Of a stretch of 64,000 nt of DNA, positions 53,974 through 64,000 are shown piece by piece. The stretch spans positions 64,001 through 128,000 of IMG/VR virus record IMGVR_UViG_2645727545_000002, one strand, 5' to 3'. Origin of the DNA: a virus (lineage: Duplodnaviria; Caudoviricetes). Position 1 is the first letter of the stretch. Every line of letters begins with the position of its first letter. A program made the position numbers and the translations under genes. The notes beneath the pieces are model-generated. The model searched no databases, was not told where the DNA came from, and worked only from the letters and a program-made list of their open reading frames with translations.

Positions 53974-55658
53974 ATGTCAGATAATATTAACGAATCACAA
54001 GTTGATGACATTAAAAACTATAAAATATCTTTCGCATCAGATATTAAAGACAGCATCAGTTCTGACGATGAAACCGTCATTGTATCAGGATTTGATGTTC
54101 AGCTATCAGAACAAGAGACAAATTGGATGCGCGACGCATTGCAGAGATTTGACAAAGGTGGAAGTCAATATTCTGTTGTGTTAAACGAAGAATCATCATC
54201 CGGAACAGCAAAAACCACAACATTAGATGATATTGATGATTTAGCTTTTAACGCGCAAAGTGATATTTCAAAAATACAAAAAATAAATGCATTAGTACGG
54301 CAAGCATCAAATGAAGATGATATAATTGGAAAAGTTCATGAGGCTGTTGAATCAAACCTTAATTCTAACGTAAGAATATCTTTTGATACACTCCCATCAG
54401 ACTATGACGAAGGAATAAAACTCGAAGCAGAATCAGAAATTGAACGTTTTCACAAAGAGATAAATGTAAATGACATCGTAACTATTGCAATTACTACAAC
54501 ATATGATGAAGGTAATTGTATACAATACTTGAGATCAAAAAAATCTAAAGGTATTTATCATCATGTTGTTGATAGATATCCATTAGGAGTTGCTTTAATA
54601 AGCGACTATTCTATGAACACAATTCCTTACGTGTTGATTGACACATCCGAGCTAACAAACAGACTGCAGAAAACAATGCTAAAAAGCAAAAAGAATAAAC
54701 CTTTATTTTTCAAAAATACTGCAGAAGAGATCAAAAATAATTATCCAAAAGAAGTTACGAAAGCTTACACATCGAAAGAAAAATACGCCATTCTTGATGT
54801 TCAAAGGACTGGAGTAAATCGATTTGGCAATATGAATCGTAAATATGGAATTTCGCCAGTTTTTAAAGCGTTGAAGCCTAAAATTATGCTTGATACATTT
54901 GATAAAACAGACAATGTTAATGCTAAAGCAAAGGCAAAAAAAATAATTGCCCAATATCTAAAAAAAGAAGTTTTAGGACAGCGTGGCGAAAAAAAGGGAC
55001 TTGAGGATATGCATATGCCCATGATTGCCTTGTACAGGCTTTTAAAAATAAAACTGTGCTGTATACTCCACCAGGCAGCGTTGAAAAGATTGAATATGTA
55101 GAACCAAAAGTAGAAATGACTAATACAGAAACGATTACACAATATAGGTCTAGGGTTACATCTGCATTAGGCATATCATTTTTGAACACTGACGGAAAAC
55201 AAACTGTAAGCACAGCAAATATTTCTATTAAACAACTCATGAAAACAATTAACAAAATTGCAGAAAGACAGGAAAAAATTTTGCAACGTTGGTATGAAGT
55301 TGTCTTATCTGAAGCAGGTATACCAATAGAGTATTGCCCTACTCCACATATTTTAGATTCAGAAATGTTAGAGTTTGAAATCAAAAAGGATCTTGTAGAA
55401 TTCCTATTTTCAAAACTCAATTGCTCATATCAAACAGCGTATGAATTTCTTGGCATGGATTTTGATAATGAGGTTGTTCGTAGAAAATCCGAAAAAGAGA
55501 ATGGTTATGATTTAATACTGACTCCTCATCCAACTTCTTACAATACATCTGGCTCAGATGAAATTGGTGCAGGCCGACCAATGGGAGGAACAAACGAGGA
55601 TAATGATGTGAATGAGGAAAAACAGGAATATGATAAAAATTATCGAGAATCTAAATAG
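53974..55658 (+). CDS. Portal protein (frameshift at ~55010)
   Basis: Position after terminase; ~560 aa; RKYGISPV and SALGISF segments. Confidence 0.7.
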
Positions 55659-55697
55659 TCAAATCTAACTTATATTTAAATATATGAAGGTGAAAAA

Positions 55698-57281
55698 ATG
55701 GTTAATAAAACAGAAATATTTTCTAGTTCACCTATTTCTATTGCAAGTCATGACAATTATAAAGAGGCAGTTTTTTAATTAGCGTCTTAGACCAGCCAGA
55801 CAGGATAAATCGTATTATACCTGTCGAATCAGGTAAAAAATACCATAAAACAATAATTGGATATCCGCTTGTTGCAAAACTAAAAAAGGCAACTTCTGAT
55901 TTTGGCGGTCATGAAATGAAAATAACAAAAAACAAAAAAAAGGAAAAAAGTTTTCTTTTGATACATTCCCTATTGGAAGCATTACAGATTCGTGGATTGA
56001 AGAACGTGAAGTTGATGGATATAACGGAAAACAAAAATGCATCCTGGCAAAAACCAAATTATGGACAAGTAGACTTCCCGAATATTTTAAAGTGTTCGAT
56101 AAATTATGGATGATGGAGAATTGTCTTCTTCTTGGGAGATGACGGTAACTGACTCAGAAAAAGATGGTGACTACACAATTCTTAAAGTGTTTGAATTTAT
56201 TGGAAATGCATGTTTGGGAAGACTTAAAACTCCATGCGTTCCAGGCGCTGGTGTCATAGAATATGCTGAACTAGAAAAAGATATTGATACAGAATTAGCC
56301 GAGGCTTTAGAAAAGGACTTGGTTAATTTAGATATAGAAGAAAATGATGTAAAGGAGGATATAGGCTTGGCAGAAAATACAAAAAAGAAAATAGAAAACG
56401 AAGAGACAGAAGATACAAAAACTTCTGTCAAAGAGACAGATGATAAAGAAAAAAAGACAGAAGAAACTGCCTCTTGTGGATCAGATTCTACAAAGAAAAA
56501 GACAAAAGTTGCAGAAGAAACAAAAGAGATCTCAGAAGAAAATGCTGAAGTAACAGAAATTGCATCTCTGACTCAATGGGATCTTGAAAGTAAAATCAGG
56601 AAAGCTTGTGACGAAAAAATTGGGAAAAGAGTTTATGGATATGTCGCATTTTGGTTCCCAGAAGATAATACTGTTTGGTATAAAACAGATGATAGCGAAA
56701 ACCAACTTGATTACAAATTATTTACATATGAAGTTTCTGGAGATGAAGTTTTTGTTTCTGAACCAGTAGACGTTAAGCTTACAGTTGCAGTAAAAGATGT
56801 AAATATGGAAATTGCAAGTAAAGATGAAGAGATTGGAAATCTAAAAGCTGAATTAGATATTAAAAATGATGCTGTGATCAACGCAGGTAAAACAATTAAT
56901 ACCTTAAAAACCAAAATTGCTGAATTGGAACCTTTTAAAGAAAAGGTAGAAAAGGCAGAACAAGAAAAAATTGAAGCAGAAATTGCTGAAGAAAAAGATG
57001 CTCTTAGATGCAAGATGTTAAAAGGTAATTTGTTTACAGAATCTGAAATTGCCGAAACAGAAATTGCTGAATTAATTGAATCAAGAAATGTTTCAGAAAT
57101 CAATAATTTAATTGCTGAAAGATATATTGAGCGCATTGATAATGCTGCAGCAGAAGTCGCAGAATTCGAGAAAGCATCAAATGAAGAGTCTGTCGCAACA
57201 GCAAGTTTAGAAACTGATGACATTGCAGATGATTCTGTGTCATTTATGAGCAAATTTTTAAATGGTAGAAAACATAATTAA
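55698..57281 (+). CDS. Prohead protease/scaffold protein (frameshifted)
   Basis: FGGHE, LSSSWEM and FIGNACLG protease-like motifs, then an acidic coiled coil. Confidence 0.7.
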
Positions 57282-57295
57282 GGAGGATTGGCTAC

Positions 57296-57781
57296 ATGTT
57301 AAGAGATATTCGTAGAAATGGCGCACAGCCAAAAGACACAATGCACAAAGCAAAAGTTGCAATGGTAACTGGGATGGGTGTAGTAAAAGAAGATAGAAAA
57401 AATACAAAAAGAGGTAAAGTTGCCTACTGCTGAGACAACAACAAATATCTACCTTGTAACAAAAGAAAGAATTCCTACAGGAATTAATGCAGCAAGACAG
57501 GAAATGTCTGATTACGATGATGATTTTACATCAGTAAAATCGGAGAGTTTGTTGGTCTGGAAGTCTATACAGATGGAGAAAAATTTGGAACAGACCAGTT
57601 TAAGGCTGCTGATTTTGGAGACGAAGCGGAACCAGGATTTGCAATGTCTGTTGGAGCAGATGGAAAATGGCAAAAAGCAACAAAAGGAACTTCAAGATAT
57701 GTATTTGCAGGAACAATGAAAGATAACGGTCATAAACTTGTGCTCGTAGAAGTTGTTGCTGATGCAGTATCTGTTGCGTAA
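57296..57781 (+). CDS. Capsid decoration/cement-like protein (frameshifted)
   Basis: AAGGAGG SD; lies between scaffold and capsid genes. Confidence 0.55.
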
Positions 57782-57805
57782 ATAAAATAAGGAGGACTTG
57801 ATAAG

Positions 57806-58798
57806 ATGGCTATTAGAACAGAAATCGCAGAACTCATGGATAAAGATGGTGTTCTGTTTGAAGTTGCTGAAAAGGTAAATTATAAAAGAGAGCTTAACTC
57901 TGAAGAAAAAGAAATTGCTGAAATTTCCGATGCATGGGCAAGAGAAATCGGTAAAACAGGAAAGGATCCTAATTGCGAAATCGCAGAGTTTGTAACTAGA
58001 ACTGTACAGGAAGAAGTGTACAACGCACCGGACGAACTTCTTGATCAGATTTTTGAAAGAGGTTCTGTTGGAGAGTTTGATGATTTAGAAGGAACAAAGG
58101 AGCCAAAAAATACACTTGTAGCACATGAAGCTGCAAAAGGCGGTAATGTAGATCGTTCTTACATTGATATTGAAACTGTAAAACCTACATGGAAAAATCG
58201 TCAGGTTGAAACTGATATCTCATATGTAGATTTAAGAAAAAATGGTTTTAAATCCATCGCAACCTTAACTACATTTATGAAAGAAGCTTGTCAGAATGCG
58301 TTATTTTACGATGCGCTTTCTATGGCGGATAACGCGGTTACAGGAGGAGAAGCTCTTATTGAGGTTACAGGAGCAACACCTACTCTTGAGGCTATGGATA
58401 AATTATCTCTTTATCTGAATGATAGGGGTGATGATAATGTTATTGTTACTTTGAATAAATATGCTCAGGCAATTAGACGTATGCCTAATTTTGCTCAGTA
58501 TTTGTCAGGAGCTATGAAAGACGATTTTAACAGATATGGTTTAGTAAAAACATATGATGGAATTGGCATTGCAGGTATTTCAGGAGCAAAGAAAACTGGA
58601 ACTGGACAGCTGCTCCTGCCAGACAAGAGAATCTATGGTATCGCAGATAAAATCGGAACACTGGATATGAAAGGTGAAATTCACGTATATCAGGATATGA
58701 ATAATCAAGGTGAAAAAGTTCATATTATGTTGAAAGATTTTACATACGGCTTTATGCTCACACATATCGAAAACTTTGCAAAGGTTACTTTGAAATAA
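57806..58798 (+). CDS. Major capsid protein
   Basis: 330 aa; strong AAGGAGG SD; position in the head module. Confidence 0.75.
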   Translation: MAIRTEIAELMDKDGVLFEVAEKVNYKRELNSEEKEIAEISDAWAREIGKTGKDPNCEIAEFVTRTVQEEVYNAPDELLDQIFERGSVGEFDDLEGTKEPKNTLVAHEAAKGGNVDRSYIDIETVKPTWKNRQVETDISYVDLRKNGFKSIATLTTFMKEACQNALFYDALSMADNAVTGGEALIEVTGATPTLEAMDKLSLYLNDRGDDNVIVTLNKYAQAIRRMPNFAQYLSGAMKDDFNRYGLVKTYDGIGIAGISGAKKTGTGQLLLPDKRIYGIADKIGTLDMKGEIHVYQDMNNQGEKVHIMLKDFTYGFMLTHIENFAKVTLK

Positions 58799-58875
58799 GG
58801 TAGTCTTTTTTTTATTTGTTTAAATTTCTATCGGAGGGATTCCTTCGATAGAAATTATGAAGAGGAGGAGATTTT

Positions 58876-59526
58876 ATTAGTAGTAAATTTGGAATCACAA
58901 AACATTTTCAGGTTTTAAATTATAATGAACATTCTGTATGCATTACAATTGCGCCAGGTAAAACATGTGTAATTGAATCCGCAGTAGATGGATCACCAAC
59001 TACTCTTCCGCTTACGTGGGATGAAATTGTATACGCAAATAACAGTAACGTATTTAAAAGCGGATCACTTGAATTCCAAGGAGATGTCGAAAATGATATC
59101 TATAACGAATTAGGAATTGTAAAAGAAAAATGTTTTAAAATATGAAGAAATAAAAGAAATTTTACTTCATCCAGACAAGGATGGACTGAAAAAAATTTTA
59201 AAAATAAAAACGTTATCAGATTTTGATAGAGTTCGTGAAATTTTTCAAAAATTAAAATTTGAAGGTTATTCAATTACTCTTGATGTAAATAATCTTGTAA
59301 AAAAAGAACAGAAGAATTGTTTATGGGGAAATCATCTTCTTCCATTTTTGTTGATGACCCAGAAAATAAATCTTCAGATTCTAAGAAGGTTAAAGACTTG
59401 GAAAAACAGCTTGAGGAAATGAAAGCAATGATGGAATCTTTGCTTAAATCAAATGACACGGTAAAAACTGATTCTGTCGAAAATACTCAGGTTAAAAAAA
59501 CAGGAAGACCGAAAAAGTCTGATTAG
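58876..59526 (+). CDS. Hypothetical head-associated protein (probable ATT start; frameshifted)
   Basis: GAGGAGG SD, then an open frame SSKFGITKHFQVLNYNE...; ends KKTGRPKKSD. Confidence 0.6.
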
Positions 59527-59547
59527 ATAACAGGGAGGTAATTTGGC

Positions 59548-60051
59548 ATGAAGTCAAATTCTTATACTCCATTTAGTGAAATTTGTGATAGATTCTATGA
59601 TCGATTAGAAAAGGATGATAAATTTTTTAATTATTATAACGTAGATGAATTAGAAGCAATTCAAATTGCACATGAAAGGTCTAAAAGATATCTTATTGAA
59701 TCATTAGATGACTTAACATCTCTTGGAAATATGCAAGTAGATTTTTCTGATTATGACACAGAAATTGAACGTATAAACTTCCAACTATTACCAAAAGAAA
59801 TTAAAATCATTGTTGATATGATGTTTATTAAATACATGGAAAGAGATTTAGCATTGTTACACGCTATGGAAATAAATTTTACACCATCTGATTTAACTGT
59901 GTTTTCTCCAGCAAATGAAAGAACAAGTTATCGCAATTTTATTGAAACACTAAAATTAAATTTGCAAGATGAATTGGCTAATTATCAAGACAGGGATAGA
60001 AAAACAGGCAAATTAAAAGCGGTACTTGATTATTCTTTATATGACGAGTGA
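59548..60051 (+). CDS. Putative head-tail adaptor
   Basis: YTPFSEICDRF pattern; synteny. Confidence 0.55.
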   Translation: MKSNSYTPFSEICDRFYDRLEKDDKFFNYYNVDELEAIQIAHERSKRYLIESLDDLTSLGNMQVDFSDYDTEIERINFQLLPKEIKIIVDMMFIKYMERDLALLHAMEINFTPSDLTVFSPANERTSYRNFIETLKLNLQDELANYQDRDRKTGKLKAVLDYSLYDE

Positions 60052-60061
60052 GGTGATAAAA

Positions 60062-61075
60062 ATGAATTTGAATTATTTCAGAAAAATTCAGAATAGTTAT
60101 CGTGTATCGTCAAAGAAAGAACAACAACTTAATATAATCAACAAGGAATCTGAAAAGCATTGGAATAATATTGATTGCGAAGATGTTGTTATAAATGGTG
60201 AAAATAGAAAATTAATGGTGGTAAAAGACACCGATAATAATGCCTCAAAAAAGAAAATTAAATCAATACATAGTGAGCCATTTAATCTTGGAGATTATAT
60301 ATACTGGAATAACCAAGTATGGATTGTAACAGTATTAGATCCTAATGAAAAGGCGTGGCATTCTGGATATATGTATTTATGTACACTATTGCTAAATACA
60401 ATAGATGAAAATGGAAGGCTTGTTCAAAAATGGTGCTATTCAGAAGATTTTACTAAGTATTCTTCTGGCGAAACAGGGAATACAAGTATCAAAGTCGGGG
60501 ATTATCAATATGGATTGACATTGCCTGTTGATAATGACACCAAACGTTGGCGGCGCGACAAAAGATTTTGCATTGATTTTGATGATTCGATTGAGCCAGA
60601 CACATATCGATTAACAAATAGAAAATTGTTTTTATCAGATAATTCATATTTTAATCGAGGTGGTCTTATTCAACTTACACTTTCTCTCTCATCATTTAAC
60701 AAAGAAACAGATGCGCTTGTTGACTTTGATGGAAAAAAGTATTGGATAGCGGATTATATTAAATCAGATATTTCTCAAGAAAAAAATAACACGTGCAAGA
60801 TTTCTTATAAGGGCAAAAACCAAGTTGGTGTTGGCGATATTGAAAAGAAATTTTTGGGCGAGTTTTATTCTGGAAATGAAAAGATAGAGAACAAAGTTGG
60901 AAAATGGTATTTGAGCGATAACGTAAAAGATAAAGTGCATTTAAAAACAGAAAACAACACTGCGTTTATATGGATAGAAACAGAACAATTTGATCTAATT
61001 GGTGAAAAATTTAATTTATTTTTCGGTGACGATTTAGTTACAACAAATATAGAGCTTGAAATAGTTTACTTATAA
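60062..61075 (+). CDS. Putative head-closure/neck protein
   Basis: GDYIYWNNQVWIV; synteny. Confidence 0.55.
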   Translation: MNLNYFRKIQNSYRVSSKKEQQLNIINKESEKHWNNIDCEDVVINGENRKLMVVKDTDNNASKKKIKSIHSEPFNLGDYIYWNNQVWIVTVLDPNEKAWHSGYMYLCTLLLNTIDENGRLVQKWCYSEDFTKYSSGETGNTSIKVGDYQYGLTLPVDNDTKRWRRDKRFCIDFDDSIEPDTYRLTNRKLFLSDNSYFNRGGLIQLTLSLSSFNKETDALVDFDGKKYWIADYIKSDISQEKNNTCKISYKGKNQVGVGDIEKKFLGEFYSGNEKIENKVGKWYLSDNVKDKVHLKTENNTAFIWIETEQFDLIGEKFNLFFGDDLVTTNIELEIVYL

Positions 61076-61087
61076 TGAGGTGTCATT

Positions 61088-61573
61088 TTGTGGGATAAAA
61101 ATATAAAAGATCTTGGGACAGTATTATCAAAAGTTATTTCAGCATTCAAGCATTCTGATGAAATCCGAGATGTACTGTTTGGCAGTCAAATTAATGAAAA
61201 TGATTTTGATTTACAAAAGGCTTATGAGGATTGTATATGGGATTGTCTTTATATAAAAGGAATTCAAACAGAAGCAAAAACATATATTTGTGCAGATACA
61301 ACAGTCTCACGAATAAATTCTAGCACAAAAAATGTTAAGCTTATTATACAGGTTTTTTGTGAAAAGTCGTTACTTAAGTATTCCAAAAAGGGATATGTTG
61401 GGAACAGACCTACTATCCTGGCAGAAATAATTGAGGAAATATTAATTAAAGACGAAGAATTTTCGAGAAATTTTGGCATAGGAAAATTAGAATTGAATAA
61501 TGTAAACATTTTTACAAATGGCGAAAACCATTATGGTAAAACCTTGGAATTTACCATTACAACTTTTAGATAA
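61088..61573 (+). CDS. Putative tail terminator/neck protein
   Basis: Synteny; FGIGKLEL. Confidence 0.5.
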   Translation: MWDKNIKDLGTVLSKVISAFKHSDEIRDVLFGSQINENDFDLQKAYEDCIWDCLYIKGIQTEAKTYICADTTVSRINSSTKNVKLIIQVFCEKSLLKYSKKGYVGNRPTILAEIIEEILIKDEEFSRNFGIGKLELNNVNIFTNGENHYGKTLEFTITTFR

Positions 61574-61584
61574 GGATTTTAATT

Positions 61585-62364
61585 ATGAAATTAGATTATT
61601 TTGATCTAATCTCCCCTCTCCCACTTGATCTTGTTGGAATTGGAAGAATTAAATCTCCAAAGCTTATTGAGATTGCTGACATATCTTATTACGTCTATGC
61701 ACAATATGTGTCATATCTAAGAATGACTCCAGATGATTATATTGATACTTTTAAAATAGAAGATTCAGATATTGAACTATATACGAAATTTGACATTATT
61801 CTGTATGATCCAAATTTTAGAAACATGATTAAAAATGCTCTCAATTTTTTCTTTTATTGAAAATTTTGAATGGTTTGATGAATATCAATCTTTTTTATGT
61901 ACAGAAGAAATTGTCATGGAAAACGGAGAATCTGAACTTCTAGCAAAAGGAATTATAAATTCAAAGAATTATTTTGATGTGTTGGATATCATTCTGCAAC
62001 GGGTACACATTACTCCAGATAAAACAGAAGTGACTGACATTACAAAGATCAAAAATAAGCGCGGATTAAAAATATACAAGAGGATGCAACAGGTAAAACG
62101 TAAATTCAAAAAACATCTGGCGGAAATCCAGACTTATCTTTGCCTAATATCATATCATCCGTTGCTGTAAGAAGTTTATCTTTAAATTGGATAAATATAT
62201 GGGATATTACAATTTATCAATTATTCAATGAATTTGAAAGACTTCAAATAATTGATCAATATGACATTGCTTCTACACAAGTATCTGTATGGGGAGACAA
62301 AGAAAAGAAATTCAAGTTTGGTGCTTGGAGTTCAAATATATATAACGAAAACGACGCTGAATAA
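61585..62364 (+). CDS. Hypothetical structural-module protein (two frameshifts)
   Basis: Three consecutive fragments join at homopolymers; IWDITIYQL. Confidence 0.6.
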
Positions 62365-62417
62365 TTCAGTGTCTTTTTTATTGCAAAAAATTAAATTTTA
62401 TACAGGAGGTAAAAAAT

Positions 62418-63185
62418 ATGGCAAATCAATTTGGAAAACAGATGGCGAACCGTGAAGTTTGCGATATGGTCTTTGTAGATTATAAAACAAAAGAACCATT
62501 TCTTTTCTGTGATTACGCAAATACATCAAGTCAGGAACTAACGGGTGAAAACGTTTTCGCTTACGGTGGAAAAAATCATCCGAAGAAAATTACATTCTCT
62601 GGAGAACGTGCGGGTACTCTTACAATTGAAACACAGATTCAGACACCTAAGCTTTGGGAACTGATGACAGGTGGTAAAAGCTCTAAAACAGCAGAGATCA
62701 TGAAGAGAGTTAAAACAAAAGTTGGAGAAAGCAACAAAATTAGCATTTCTGATGCTAAAGTTACTCTTTCAAAAGAAAATGTATGGGTTTATGACGGGGC
62801 AGATTCTAACCTTGAAACAAAACTTGAGGTAACTACAGTTTCTGGTCAAGACATTACATTAAAAGATCAAAAGAATGAAGGTGCAGAAGTTGTTGTATTC
62901 TATCTTGCCACAAGAAGTGATGTATACAATCTAAGCATTAAATCTACTAGCTTCCCGAAAGCGTTTACTGTTTACGGTGATACATATATGAGAACAACAG
63001 ATGAGGATGTACTTCCATATCTGTTTAAAGCATATAAAGTAGTTCCGCAGGCGAATATGTCTCTGTCCTTTGCAAGTTCAGGAGATCCTGGTACTGTAAC
63101 ACTTACTTGTGACATGATGGTTGATGATGATGGAAACATGCTTGATCTGACTCTGTTACCAGATGAGGACGACCAGGGGGAATAG
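62418..63185 (+). CDS. Major tail (tube) protein
   Basis: ANREVCD...AYGG...LSFASSGDP..TLTCD; AGGAGG SD. Confidence 0.7.
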   Translation: MANQFGKQMANREVCDMVFVDYKTKEPFLFCDYANTSSQELTGENVFAYGGKNHPKKITFSGERAGTLTIETQIQTPKLWELMTGGKSSKTAEIMKRVKTKVGESNKISISDAKVTLSKENVWVYDGADSNLETKLEVTTVSGQDITLKDQKNEGAEVVVFYLATRSDVYNLSIKSTSFPKAFTVYGDTYMRTTDEDVLPYLFKAYKVVPQANMSLSFASSGDPGTVTLTCDMMVDDDGNMLDLTLLPDEDDQGE

Positions 63186-63269
63186 CACCCCCTGAAGATC
63201 TCGCCTTGGTAGGCAGGGGGAAAATTGGAAAGGCAAAAATAGGAAAATCAGAATAAGGAGTGAGTAAAA

Positions 63270-63677
63270 ATGGCATATACACCAACGACATGGAGTGATG
63301 GAGATGTTATTACTGCTGAAAAGATGAACAAGCTGGAGCAAGGTGTAAAAAATGAACAGGTTGGCGCACCTGGAGCAGCCGCAGGATTCGGAACACCAAC
63401 TGCAACGGTTGACGCAAATACTGGAGTTCCATCTGTAACTGTAACAGCAAGTGGAGCAAACACAGCAAAGGTATTTAATTTTGCTTTCAAAAATTTAAAA
63501 GGAGCAAAAGGAGATCCTGGTGCGACATACACTCTTCCGGCTGCAAATAAAACAACATTTGGAGGAGTAAAACAGTCTACTTTGGTTCCTGAAGCTGCAG
63601 GAGAAAATGTTACAAAGGCTGAGTTCAAAGCTTTGCTGGACGCTTTGAAAGCAGCTGGTATTATGGCTACATCTTAA
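63270..63677 (+). CDS. Head-fibre/collagen-like structural protein
   Basis: YTPTTWSDGDVITAEKMN, GAKGDPG, YTLPAA..GGVK and LLDALKAAGIM. Confidence 0.7.
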   Translation: MAYTPTTWSDGDVITAEKMNKLEQGVKNEQVGAPGAAAGFGTPTATVDANTGVPSVTVTASGANTAKVFNFAFKNLKGAKGDPGATYTLPAANKTTFGGVKQSTLVPEAAGENVTKAEFKALLDALKAAGIMATS

Positions 63678-63784
63678 AATAACGAGTGATAGATATTTAG
63701 TGTGAAGAAGGGGGGTAAATATCTATTATCGGTATTTGCCCCATTTTTTTACTCTGCTCCGAATAAGTGAGGAGTGAACTCGAA

Positions 63785-63958
63785 ATTAGAAAGTTAGATA
63801 ACGAATACCGCACAGAATCTTCTCACGAAGTGTGTTATTTATCAGAATACGGAATTAAATATACATTCGTAAAAAAAGAAGATGGTGTGACGGTGTGGAA
63901 ATACAAAAAGACAAAAGAACTTGGACTTGCTTTAGCTAAGTTCTGGGAACAGAGATAA
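63785..63958 (+). CDS. Small DUF5659-like protein (paralogue of 40563-40763)
   Basis: LDNEYRT....EVCYL..GIKYTFVK..GVTVWKYKKTKEL. Confidence 0.65.
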   Translation: MRKLDNEYRTESSHEVCYLSEYGIKYTFVKKEDGVTVWKYKKTKELGLALAKFWEQR

Positions 63959-64000
63959 AATAGGTTGTTCAAGATGATGAATATAAAGGTGGGTGTCATA

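Noticed and set aside
5187-62364. Numerous frameshifts in essential genes (recombinases, clamp, helicase, RNA polymerase, terminase, portal, protease) suggesting pseudogenisation or phase variation
   Set aside because: Most breaks I traced fall in or next to homopolymer runs across unrelated essential genes and are indels rather than in-frame stops; this fits uncorrected long-read error.
1-64000. CRISPR array, rRNA gene, arbitrium aimR/aimP locus, reverse transcriptase, alternative genetic code
   Set aside because: None seen: no regularly spaced repeats, 16S similarity limited to ~27 nt, no TPR receptor/peptide pair, no RT motifs, and all three stop codons end genes normally.

Overview
The window is a 64-kb segment of a large, AT-rich, SPbeta-like temperate phage (or phage-plasmid) of a Firmicutes host, probably Clostridia/Lachnospiraceae. 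Left arm (1-19.3 kb, minus strand): a long operon of short accessory genes including MazF, a HipA-like kinase, a tyrosine recombinase, a beta-clamp homologue, a ParB-like protein and a probable DGR target. It is preceded by a ~1-kb ORF-free structured leader. At least 13 gene junctions in this arm carry one 18-bp imperfect palindrome (WTRAAA-N6-TTTYAW), suggesting a cassette-like array. Centre (20-28 kb): a mirror-symmetric HTH/operator switch, a DUF4258/YgiT toxin-antitoxin pair, a DnaA-box cluster at a strand-skew inversion, a Y-family polymerase with YolD-like partner, and DUF3825. Right arm (28-64 kb, plus strand): UvrD, a CoiA-like protein, a YonO-like RNA polymerase split by a group I intron (GIY-YIG), a ~605-nt ROOL-like RNA, five tRNA or tRNA-like genes, an MBL nuclease, homing endonucleases, HU, Bro-N, a second tyrosine recombinase, terminase split by a group I intron (LAGLIDADG), portal, protease/scaffold, capsid, neck and tail genes. 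Many genes are broken at homopolymer runs, most likely long-read errors. All family assignments come from motif recognition by eye; no searches were run.
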